Assembly: GCA_026770705.1 (NCBI GenBank)
Contig: JANJGN010000053.1
Coordinates: forward strand, 3,162,001-3,226,000
Length of the DNA: 64,000 bases
Source of the DNA: Isurus oxyrinchus
Lineage: Eukaryota
Direction of reading: 5' to 3'
The notes under the pieces are model-generated. The model did not search any database, was not told the origin of the DNA, and worked only from the letters and a program-made list of their open reading frames with translations. Of this stretch, positions 52,901 through 62,560 are shown piece by piece. The translations under genes and the position numbers were made by a program. Position 1 is the stretch's first letter, and every line of letters begins with the position of its first letter.

Positions 52901-55900
52901 GTAATTCCTCAGGGGTCTGGCAGCATCAGTGGAAAAAGAAACCAAGTTGGCGTTTTAGAGAGACATTTCGGAGATGGTCAGCATTCTGCTGCTGAAAGGC
53001 CTGTAAGTGCCTCGGTATTTCAAGGATGGAATAATCCATGTGCGGCCTGTCACCCTGATCAGTTCATGAACTGCAATTCTGTGAAAACATTGTTAATGTA
53101 ACACACAAATTCGCACCAAGCTGTAAGGGCCCTCCCGACACCACCGCGCCTCCCCCTCAACACATCCCCTGACCCCGCGCCAACAACTGGAACACACACT
53201 CCCAACCGCGCAGGCAGAATTTCCTGTCTGATAGAAAATTGAAAATTCCGCCGGTAATAAATGCGCAGCAAAAATGCATGTCCTGCTTGTTGATCAGTTC
53301 TGTCGGTGCCCACCCTCTACGTGTTAAACCCCCAATGTTAAGCAGTTAGATTAAAAGCACTCGAGGAACAAGTGAAGTACATTCACACATTCCTCCTTAT
53401 TAGATATTTCTATTTAAATTTCTATAAAAGTGAACTATTTATTCACCTGAACACAGTACCCCGACACCGATACTCTCATTGAGAGACGAATTCATTGCAA
53501 ATGAGCTGCAGTTGTGGAGATGAAATTCGTTTCCTCCACACTGGACATCATTCACCCACACAGGCCCTTCACTCTCTCCATACTTTGCAAAGGTATAAGC
53601 GGCAATTGCGACACCACATCCTAGTTGCCTGCAGACCACGGTAGCATCATTGAGGTCCCAGAGGCTGTCCTGTACTCTGCCCCAGCGACCGTTGTGGTAA
53701 ATATCCACCCGACCATCACAGCGGCTTCCCCCATTCGTCAATCTCAGTGACCAGCTTTCATCCACAAAAAGAAAACCATTGAGAGCAACGATTAAAGTTC
53801 AGCAAAATAATGCACATTTTATTCAGTGTAACCTGGGCAATAATTGGTCAATTAAATGTTCCCTTCCTGTTGCTAAGTTGAAGCATATCACTGGGAGCCT
53901 GAATAGCTCTCTGGGCCGGGACGGTGAGCAGCCAGCATTCGTGCTCCGTTACTGGCGCAAAGACCGAGGTAGAATGAAGGATGTACTCCTGCAGATGAAG
54001 TTTAATGATGCTGCCTACATTCTAGCAAGTTGCTGTTAGCGGAGGAATATATTGATAATATTAAAATAACGCAGCACAACGTTCTAGGGATAGAACTGAT
54101 GATTTCGTGGTGGAAATGCTGCTTGAGAAGGCTACTCAAGTTCATGTGACTCTGTGATCTGTTGTCATGGACTTATAGACTCAGTTCTGTGAAGAAAGGA
54201 CAAATGAGCGTTTTCATGTTTTTCACATGAAAAAATCCGGGGGTGATGTCGTCTGGTTTATTTGTTGGGTAGTCTGAACGAATTTGTCAGGGATTTTGGA
54301 ACGGGCCGATAGTGTTAAAGAGACAAACCAAAGTGTTCAGGAAACTAGAAACGAAATATGCATTAACGGAGGAAATAGTGCAGTCTTATTCAAGAAAAGG
54401 GTAACAGGGATTGTAACAGAGCCTCAGGTGTCATTGTGCTGAATAAATTTCTTGACGAGCAGACGCAGGTATCCACCTCTGAAAATGATTCACGATCGAA
54501 ATGGACAATTGGCTTAGACAAGTGCAGGAATATGCAAAAACTCCAAAGCTCCCTGGGTGTTAAAATAGATGGGAGTAAGATGAAGCAGAAAAAAGTGCAT
54601 GTAATATTGAATTTGGATAATGCAAGTGTTATCCACCATTAATATACAATATCCAGAGTGTATAAAAGAGTCCCAATAACATTAAAGCGGATCTTACAGT
54701 CTTATAATGAAGCTCAATGATGGTCAAAGAGTAGGCAGATGAAACAATGGAATTGTTAATTATTTATAACGAGGACGAATTAGCTTGCGTAACTGATGTT
54801 GCACTTAAGGGGACACCTGGAATTTCTGAGATGTACTCAAGGAGCATGACCAATGTCAGAGCCGAAATCGGCAGATAATGGCGATAATCTTCCAATCCAA
54901 AAATCAATGCCGATAGCTGTAGTTTCCAAATATTAAACCCTTGCTCAAGAAAGGGGGTAAAGTTAAACGTAGTAAGAACAGACCAGAAAGTTTAATTTTG
55001 ACTTTGGGAAAGCTTTTTTTCTTGGAAAGATACCTTGGGGCAGAGGTAAGAGACCATTGAAACATTCTGGGTTAATTAACAATCCAGGCCGAATTACTTA
55101 AGAGACAATGGCATTGGCCGGAGGAATTGGAGTATTTTGATGATGTTACTGAGAGTGTTAATCAGGTTAATGCGTTGGATATTTTTTTGATGAACTTTTA
55201 AATGAACTTTGTCAAAGAGCCACGAAATATCCTTGTCAGAAATGCTAGCGCCTGTGGAATAAAAGAAAAATGGCTGCTTGGAGAAGGAATTGCTGTTTGA
55301 AAGGGGACATAATGTCACGTCCAACGTTTCGTTTCTCCAGGCCGGAGAAACAGAAGATTCCAGCTGGCGGGAAACTCTGATTTTTGGTTAATATATTTTC
55401 CTCACCCAGACTTGATTGTAAGGGGAACAATTTCAATTTTGTTTCATATTACACGGCAGGTTGAATTGTTGTAAAATATGAAAAGGATCAATTTCAATCG
55501 GACACTGAGAAGCAGTTAGAACGGGCGGGGAAGTGCCAGATGAAATTCAGTTCAGGGAAGTCTCGGTTGTCCACTTTTGACGGAAGTAAAGAAATTCATA
55601 TTTTAATTAGATAACTTTTTTTTTTCAAAACTACCTGACGTCACAACGCAAGTTACAGTCATTTAATTCCATTGTTAATTGTCGTCACTGCTGCAATGTA
55701 AGTAACGCCGAAGCAATAATAGGCGCAGTAAAATTGCACAAACAGTCGTCTGATAATGACCAGATGAGCTGCATTGTTTGCTGTTGTTCGAGGGCTAATA
55801 TTGGATAGGACACCGGGAAGACTCCCGGGTTTCCCTCAAAGTAGAGTCATTGTTAATATTTTTAGCAACCTTCACTAAAGAATGCAGACATGGCATCGAT

Positions 55901-58900
55901 TTTACCTCTCATCTGGAGCACGACAAATTTTATATGAGAGCATTCCCTCAGCACTGCACTTCATTCTTAGACTGGACTTCTCTGTTAAATAACTTGAGTC
56001 GGGCTTGTACCTGGCCTTGAGCTTGAGAAGTGAGACTGTCATCAAGTGAAGCAAGATTGTCACACGAAGGACGAATAGAAGGAAAAATAAAGAACGGGAT
56101 CATTTCTAAAGGAATGTCAATAGCTGAGGAACCTCGGGTACAAGTCATTGTAGTTTACAGCGCAGGTTGCGAAAAGGCTATTAAATTTACAATCTCTTTG
56201 GTTTATAATTAAGGCACGGAGTACACTGCTGGGGAGTTTAGATGATTCACTTCGGCCTCAACTGGAGTAATCCGTCCATTTATGGACTATACACTTTAGG
56301 GAGGGTTTGAAGACATTAGAAAAGAAGCAGAGATGCTTCAAAAGGTGTGTCCAGAGATTATAACCTTACTTTTTCACCTTAGTTTGGAGAAGCTGCGAAT
56401 ATTCCATTTGGAGAAGGAATGCAAAAAACCTCAGGTCTCTGAACAAAATGATACTGACAAAATGGTCCCATTGTCAGAAGGATCAAGAACGACCAGTACA
56501 GAGTTATTGTAATAGGCAAAGGAAATGGTGACGTAAGGATGTTTATTTTGCATGGCGTCAGTAATTAGGTTCTGCAATGCACTGCCTGATAATGTGGTGG
56601 ATGAGGATCTGCAATGCATGCCTGAAATTGTCGTGAATAAGGATCTGCAGTGCACTGTCTGAGAATGTGCTGTATTAAGATCTGCAATGTTCTGTCTGAA
56701 ATTATGATGGATGAGAATCTGTAATGCATTGACTGAGAATGTGAGTGATGAGGACCTGGTATGCAAAGTATGGAATGTGCTGGACGACGATCTGCAATAC
56801 ACTGTCTGATATTGTGGTGGGTGAGGATCTGCAATTGCCCTGTCTGAGAATGTGACAGGTGAGGATCTGCTGCACGCTATCTGACAAAGTGTTGGATGAG
56901 GATTTCAAATGCACTTTCCGAGATTGTTGGTGACGAGGATCTGAAATACACTATCTGAGAATGTGGCTGGTGTGGATCTGCAATGAACTGCTTGAGAACG
57001 TGGTGGATGTGGAATGCAATGCAATGCTTGAAAATATGGTTGGTGAGGATCTGCAATGCACTGCCTGAGAATTTGGTGATGTGAATCTGTGATGCACTGC
57101 CTGAGAATGTTGTGGATGTGGATTGTAATGCACTGCTTGAGAATGTAGTGGGTGAGGATCTGCAACGCACTGTCTGAGAATATTGGTGACGAGGATCTGG
57201 AAAGCACATGGATGAGAATATCTGGATGGCGATCTGCAATGCACTTTTGTGAAATGTGTTGGATGAGGATACGGAATGCACGTTCTGAGAAAGCAATGGA
57301 TGAAGATGTGAAATACACTGTCTGAGACTGAGGTGAATGTGGACCTGCAATGCACTGTCTGAAAATGTGGCGCATGTAGATCTGCGAAGCACTGTTTAAG
57401 ATTGTGGTGTTTGAGGATCTGCAATTTATTGTTGGACAATGTGAAGGACGAGGGTCTGCAATGCCTTCTCTTAAAATGATGGTGATGACGACCTGCTTTT
57501 CATTGCCGGGGAATATGATGGATGAAGATTTGAAGAGGACCATCCAAGAAATTGGCTGCGAGGATGTGAAATGGACTGCCTGAAAATCTGGTGGATGAAC
57601 ATGGATCGTATATTTAAAAATATAAACGTCAGATATTTGAATGCAAAATAATGCAGGATTATTGTAAATTATCAGGTGTGTGACTGGGTGAGATAATTTT
57701 GCAGAGAAACTGCACAGACTGGACTGGCCAAAAGGTTGCTTTCTGTGCTGCAAAGATTATCTTGTTCCATGATTGAATAGAATAAGAGGACTCACCCGAA
57801 CACATGACACTCGCGTCATTTCCATGTGAGCAGTTAAAATTTTCCCCGGATGTAACCGGACACTCCGACAATTGGGATTCGTTCCCGCGGCACCTGTAAT
57901 TTTCCTTCCACACCAGGCCGGTTCCCTTCCCAAAGGGAGAGATTCTCGGGATTCTCTTTACCGCCCCGCATTGAAGCTGCTCACACACCACACTGGCGTC
58001 CTCTAAAGCAAAGTGAACATCACACAGCGTCCCCCACTGCTCTCCGTGCAGCACTTCTACCCGGCCGGAACACCGGTCCTCACCACCAACCAAACGGTTT
58101 TCGTAGTTCCCTGTTTTGGATAGAAATACAGCCCAAAGCAATTTGAAAATCACCATGAGAATATTTAAATGGAAAAAACGTAACAAAAAAAAAAGAAAAT
58201 TAATAAAACCATTTTGCACTGCACTGTTTTCACATCTTACCATTTGCAACCAACTGAAATGCTAAATGCTCTCAAAAGAACGTGTCTATTTGCTCAGTGT
58301 TCACTTCTTACTTGTAGTTTATCATTTTAGTCATGGATGTTGTCCTGGATTTGTTCTGTGTGTTCCTGGGTTACTTCCTAATTTGATGAATTGTGAATAG
58401 AGATGACCACTGAGCAAGCATGATCAAACAACTCCTCTTCTGAACATAGAATGTAAAGTGGGACGTCAGTGAAACAGTTGAAGATTGTTCGTCATTGATC
58501 AGTAACTTAGAAAGTGGGATTTCCGTTTAATCTCCCTTTAGTTTAGTTTCAAAAGACTTATACAGTTTTACAATTGCTGCGTTTGCAATAGAATCCAACA
58601 ATGTGGAAAATTGCTAATGAATCGGTTCTGATGATGACCAGGCGAAGTCCATGTGTCCGGATTTCTTGGAGGCGGGTTTGGAGAATTCTCCGCTATTCAT
58701 CCAGCAACATAACGCTGTTAAGATTAGTCACTGCAATTGTGTCGTGAACTGCACTTAACATATTTGTTTAAAATCATTTGCTTCTTTCGATCTCAATATC
58801 GATTACATTTTGAAACGAATGGTATGTGCAGTTAACATCGGGATGCTGTTTGCAGCTAATCCCCGTGCTGCCCCGTGACTTAGACTCTTTCCTATGCACA

Positions 58901-60642
58901 GAAAGCTTCGTCCCCAATTCCCATTGCTCAACGTGTAAAATATCAGCCCAAATATTCCGTCCTACGGCCTCTAGGATACCAGAGGTACGGCAGACATGAG
59001 CATGCCGTCCCTGCAGAAATATTGGCGCCTTGATCTATATGTGAACAGCCCGGGAATTTTCAACTTCTTTTGGGGAAATCCCCTGCTCCCTGGGAGAGTT
59101 CACACAAGAGCTTGGATCAAATACTGCGGCGTACTGTCAAGTTCTCCCGGATTCGTTAGCAGGGGAATTTATAAAGGGAGGGAGAAAAAAACAATACACT
59201 AAGAGCCGGGAACTGAACAACCGGGCTCCACAATCGCTCTCACTGAATCCCGCAACAGCATCCCTAACCATCCGTGTGACTGGGGAGGGAGAGGGTAATT
59301 GCTTGCGGGATTTTCCCAACATTATTCTCCCTCCTCGGAAGGTCACAGCAGGAAACCAGCAGCCATACAAAGCATACGTGCCAGTGCGATGTGATGTTAT
59401 TTTTTAAATTAACACAATTTTTGAAATGAATTTATTTTACTCATAATTTCTAATTGAATAAACATTAAGTCCAAAATGGACTGTCCTGTCTTAACTATCA
59501 TTTTTCAGCTATGAGCAGTCCCAAAATAGCATTTCCACCATTACTCCAAGGCAAATAAATCAGACCCGACTTGCGATGAGAGCAGAAAATATATTTGTAC
59601 CTGAGCAGATCACGCTGGCATCAGCTCTGTGTGACCAGGAATAATGAGCCCAGCGATCTGATCTACACTCCCGCAGGGCGGCCTCGTTCCCGCTGCACTG
59701 AACATTATCCATCACAATAGGCCCAGAACCTTCACCAAAGTGAGCCCTGACCGGTGCAGAGACCGCGGTCCCGCAGCCCAGCTCCCGACACACGACAGCG
59801 GCGTCCTGCAGATCCCAGCTGTCATCATCCACAGTCCCCCACTGCCCCCTGTAGTGAATCTCCACTCTCCCTGCACACCGACTGCTCCCATTCGCCAGTC
59901 TCAGTTTCACTGCCTCTGTAAAATACAATAAAATGAGCAGAATTATAACCTATTAAATCCACGAGCCCCAACTAACTGGTCTCCACTTTCTACAGGGCAG
60001 AGCAGGAGAATTTGCTTTATTGACCTGCGCACAATTTCCCATTGAATTATATCAAAAGTGTCAAACGCAAGGTTACAATTGTATTCAACCCTTTAAACGA
60101 ATCGGTAATAAGTGGGAGAGATGCCCCTTCTGGGACAGTCGTTCGATATGTTCAGAGTATATTCCAGCCCCCAGAGACCAGGAGATGGACGTGACTGTAA
60201 GCGCTCACTGACTGAGATGCAACCGGGGGGCAACTTGGAAGCTCCTTCTGAAAGACAGCCCCACCCTCCCCCAAATACAGGAACTGTAACGTCACGTGAC
60301 CTACATCTCTGGCCGGATGGAATTCGCGAATTGGCAGCCCATTTGGGATTCGCTAGCAGTATCAGTTGTTATTGCGCTTCACCTCCCCAGTCATGGTCGC
60401 TCTTCATTCGGCAGCAATTGCCCCTCAACAGTGTTTAATTATGAAAGATTACCGGAGTGCAGGAAACTTTCCATTCCTCCCTGAAAGGCACTGGGAGAGT
60501 GAGTTAATCGTTGATCAAATTGGTACTTGAATTGTCTCTGACTGTTAGTTTTATTTGACGTTGAGTGGACAGGAAGATGTCAAATAATACGAAAATTCAA
60601 AGTTATTACCTGATGGCTCAGCCTGACCGCTCCCAGTTCTGC
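43806..60642 (-). CDS. WC1/CD163 (M130)-family group B SRCR type I membrane receptor with 6 SRCR domains, TM and tyrosine-motif tail; possibly a young pseudogene; leader exon not securely identified
   Basis: 13 exons joined in phase 1 (the last ends in the stop codon): 60642-60610, 59915-59601, 58110-57796, 53761-53447, 52467-52153, 51264(or 51255)-50947, 50864-50808, 50719-50402, 50252-50211, 50029-49913, 47581-47474, 44537-44427, 43924-43806. About 830 codons with no internal stops; three splice sites are non-canonical. Confidence 0.88.
44427..44537 (-). CDS. cytoplasmic exon 2 ([37 protein letters not shown])
   Basis: Strong acceptor CCCCCCTCTCTTTAACAG|TT, donor CAGG|GTGGGT; 111 nt, phase 1-1, open. 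Confidence 0.75.
44940..45670 (-). mobile_element. old CR1-type LINE relic
   Basis: Faint collinearity with the other minus-strand CR1 copies (e.g. TCCAAAGTCTAAATCGTT; TTCCACACTTTGTTTTCTGTCT). Confidence 0.45.
45690..46115 (-). mobile_element. tRNA-derived Deu-type SINE relic (SacSINE1/AmnSINE-like)
   Basis: The reverse strand has a tRNA-like head (CACTCAGCTATTGCCCAGTAGGT...GATTCAGTTCCACTCCAG) and the core GATTGCTGTGGCCAAATTGCCTGCCGTGTTTCC. Confidence 0.6.
47474..47581 (-). CDS. cytoplasmic exon 1 ([36 protein letters not shown])
   Basis: CCTTTCCTCCATCAG|GT...TCAG|GTTTGT; 108 nt; YEEI motif, like the WC1 YEEL. Confidence 0.85.
47755..48060. repeat. compound (TG)/(GA) repeat, about 3 higher-order units
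   Basis: GAGACTGAGAGGCAGAGAGAGATAGA(T/C)GGTATGTG recurs three times. Confidence 0.85.
48600..49835 (+). mobile_element. decayed non-LTR retrotransposon 3' end (CR1/L2-group)
   Basis: MFADD motif (ATGTTCGCTGATGAT at about 49000); ORF 49353-49835 reads [11 protein letters not shown]...[17 protein letters not shown]...[11 protein letters not shown]...[16 protein letters not shown]. Confidence 0.8.
49913..50029 (-). CDS. transmembrane exon ([39 protein letters not shown])
   Basis: TTTCATTAAG|GT...AAAG|GTGAGA; 117 nt; hydrophobic helix followed by a basic stop-transfer. Absent from the ORF track. Confidence 0.88.
50211..50252 (-). CDS. candidate Pro/Ser/Thr stalk exon ([14 protein letters not shown]) with defective donor
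   Basis: CCCCAAG|GT...ACAG|ATAGGT (GT replaced by AT); 42 nt, phase 1-1, in the expected position between the last SRCR and the TM. Confidence 0.45.
50402..50719 (-). CDS. SRCR domain 6 exon (membrane-proximal, d'-like)
   Basis: [46 protein letters not shown]...ASVICS; canonical AG/GT; 318 nt. Confidence 0.95.
50808..50864 (-). CDS. inter-domain linker exon ([19 protein letters not shown])
   Basis: TTTCCTTACTCACAG|TA...TCAG|GTGATT; 57 nt, phase 1-1, open. Confidence 0.75.
50947..51264 (-). CDS. SRCR domain 5 exon (expected acceptor reads AC; in-frame cryptic AAG gives start 51255)
   Basis: [29 protein letters not shown]...DAGVSCS; donor GTATC. Confidence 0.9.
52153..52467 (-). CDS. SRCR domain 4 exon
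   Basis: [34 protein letters not shown]...KIMCS; CCAG|AA..TCAG|GTAAG; 315 nt. Confidence 0.95.
53447..53761 (-). CDS. SRCR domain 3 exon (lacks Cys2 and Cys7; acceptor reads GG)
   Basis: [46 protein letters not shown]...VGVLCS; donor GTGAAT is canonical, acceptor is TTTTCTTTTTGTGG|AT; 315 nt. Confidence 0.88.
54600..56570 (+). mobile_element. old CR1 LINE relic, interrupted by a Deu-type SINE
   Basis: Decayed motifs (AAAGGGGGTAAAG..AGACCAGAAAGTTTAA; CGGCCTCAACTGGAGTA; AGTTTGGAGAAGCTG) collinear with CR1 ORF2. Confidence 0.6.
55630..56065 (-). mobile_element. Deu-type SINE relic
   Basis: Collinear with 45690-46115 (GAGCATTCCCTCAGCACTGCACT; GTCGTCACTGCTGCAATGTAAGTAACGC). Confidence 0.55.
56570..57600. 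repeat. 36-37-bp minisatellite (GAGGATCTGCAATGCACTGTCTGAGAATGTGGTGGAT)n
   Basis: About 28 degenerate tandem units. Confidence 0.92.
57796..58110 (-). CDS. SRCR domain 2 exon (CD163 SRCR5 / WC1 b-like)
   Basis: [44 protein letters not shown]...; canonical AG/GT; 315 nt. Confidence 0.95.
59052..59316. promoter_or_regulatory. intronic cluster of NF-kB-like sites
   Basis: GGGGAAATCCCC at 59072-59083 and GGGATTTTCC at 59307-59316 match GGGRNWYYCC; near-matches GGGAATTTTC at 59052 and GGGGAATTTA at 59162. Confidence 0.4.
59601..59915 (-). CDS. SRCR domain 1 exon (lacks Cys2 and Cys7)
   Basis: [49 protein letters not shown]...ASVICS; TACAG|AG..TCAG|GTAC; 315 nt. Confidence 0.95.
60610..60642 (-). 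CDS. SRCR receptor short N-terminal linker exon ([11 protein letters not shown])
   Basis: TTTCATTTCAG|GC...TCAG|GTAAT, 33 nt, phase 1-1. Confidence 0.7.
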
Positions 60643-62349
60643 CTGAAATGAAATGAAATGAAATGTTGAGAATTAAAGTTTCATGGGGTAAGAAAACAAT
60701 GAAACGGCCAGAAAAGTTATTTCTCAAAAGCAACAGCGAGAAGATTTTGTCCTTTTTTGTACATAAGGTTTGCAGAAACTTGATGCTAAAATATTTCACA
60801 AACACTCAAGTTTGCATCATTATCTGAAGGTAGATTTCCCGTCCAGTTTCGGAAGAAATAATCCCGCGGTTTGTGATTTCATCTGTTTTCCAATCCTAAT
60901 GAAGCATCCAGTACTGGCTCAGCAGCAAGTTCATGTTATTAACTGGTCACCGTTTACCCAGGAGATCCCGAGAATACCCCATTACACGGATCACCTTCTC
61001 ACCATTTAAAGTCCCTCTAACATACTATCGATGATATCTTCATATCACCAACCTTCGGCGCCCGATGACATTGTGACCTGCATGTTTCTTGGTCACTTTC
61101 CATTTGCTGGTTTCACACAATTGACTGAGCGTTAAAATGGGTTCGGGTTTTTACTTTAACCAGGAGGATTTTCGACCATATTTATATTCCCTGCTAAAAA
61201 TGTTATAGAACATTTCACATTGATTCCCGCCCTCAGTTGGATTTCTGCAAACACTTGCATGATTTCTGTAATCCTTGCACAAAGCCAGCGCCTACCTAGC
61301 CTATATAACTCAGGATTTTTTTGGAGTAGTCTTTGATTGACTTGGTAATGGCAATGGCAAAAACACTAAAGAAGCTGCGCACCAGCTAGGTCATAGCAAC
61401 CCCCTTGATCGGCAGTCCAAACATCTCCTCATTAAGTAACTCATGTATAACATGCACAAGACATGAATGCGTCCTAAACCCTGGTATAAAGCAACATAAA
61501 AGGAAACGAGTTTGTGAATTCAGATCTGATATTTCATTAACTACAACAAGATCCTGTGTAAAAATAAATATGTAGCATCTGGGAATGGCTGACATTCATG
61601 TTCAACTAAATAATATTCGCATATTCAAATGTCTGCCTCAGTAAACTTGATTTTAATTTCAAAATATTTGACCCTCCACCCCGCAATAAAAAACAAATAA
61701 TCAGTTATGTTCACAGGTTAATTCCTGGGAAAATGTGGGATCTTGTGCTCTCCTCAGCTTTCAGTGTGCAATTAATATTCATTAGAACCATAATTATCCT
61801 ATCACAAACAACATTGATCGATTTCAATTTACAATTTAACTTTGCAAAATTACCCGTCATTGTGCATAAGTCTATTTTATAGCACACAGCATTCAGAAAT
61901 CTCTGCTACCGATAAACATCTTTTTGAAAGATGCGTGTGCGGGTTCAGATGGGAGGAACCGCAAATTAAAAAGGCTTTGACCGTTCAGCCAGTGAACTAA
62001 CATCCCAAAATATTATACATGCTTCTCTAAGAGTAAAGGCGTTCGGCTTCCAGCAAACTGGGTTTTGAAACATTTGCACTTGACACTTCGTTGCCTGTGC
62101 AAGAGCAGCAGGGGTGAAATTAAAACTAACTGACCCGGTATTTGAGTTGTATTCTGGATTAAATCGAAATATGATATGTACTTGGTCGCGTATTCAAAGT
62201 TTTTGTTAAGCACATGCAAGTTACTATTTAGATATTGCAGTTATTAAGATTGGATTTATTAATTTCCCTGTTTGATGTCCAATGAACGGAAATTAAAACA
62301 GTCCGTAATATGCATTCAATGAAATTTCTACAAGTTAAATAAACCGTTT

Positions 62350-62560
62350 AAAATCTCAGCAGGTCCGGCTGCTTTGGAGAAGAAAAAAAGACGACTTTTC
62401 AAGTCCTCATGACCTTTCAACCGAAGTTTGAAGGGTCATGAGTACTCGAAACGTCAACTCTTTTCTTCTCCGCCGATGCTACCAGATCTACTGAGTTTTT
62501 CCAGGTAATTCTGTTTTTGTTCAGGATTTCCAGTATCCGCAGTTTTTTTTTGTTTTATCT
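62350..62560. mobile_element. palindromic Penelope-like terminal remnant (inverted repeat hairpin)
   Basis: The left arm CTCAGCAGGTCCGGC..GGAGAAGAAAA..GTCCTCATGACCTTTC is the reverse complement of the right arm GAAGGGTCATGAGTAC..TTTTCTTCTCC..CCAGATCTACTGAG. An older copy lies at about 5520-5710. Confidence 0.7.

Noticed and set aside
56431-57753. Several 120-280-aa minus-strand ORFs
   Set aside because: Translations of the 36-37-bp minisatellite.
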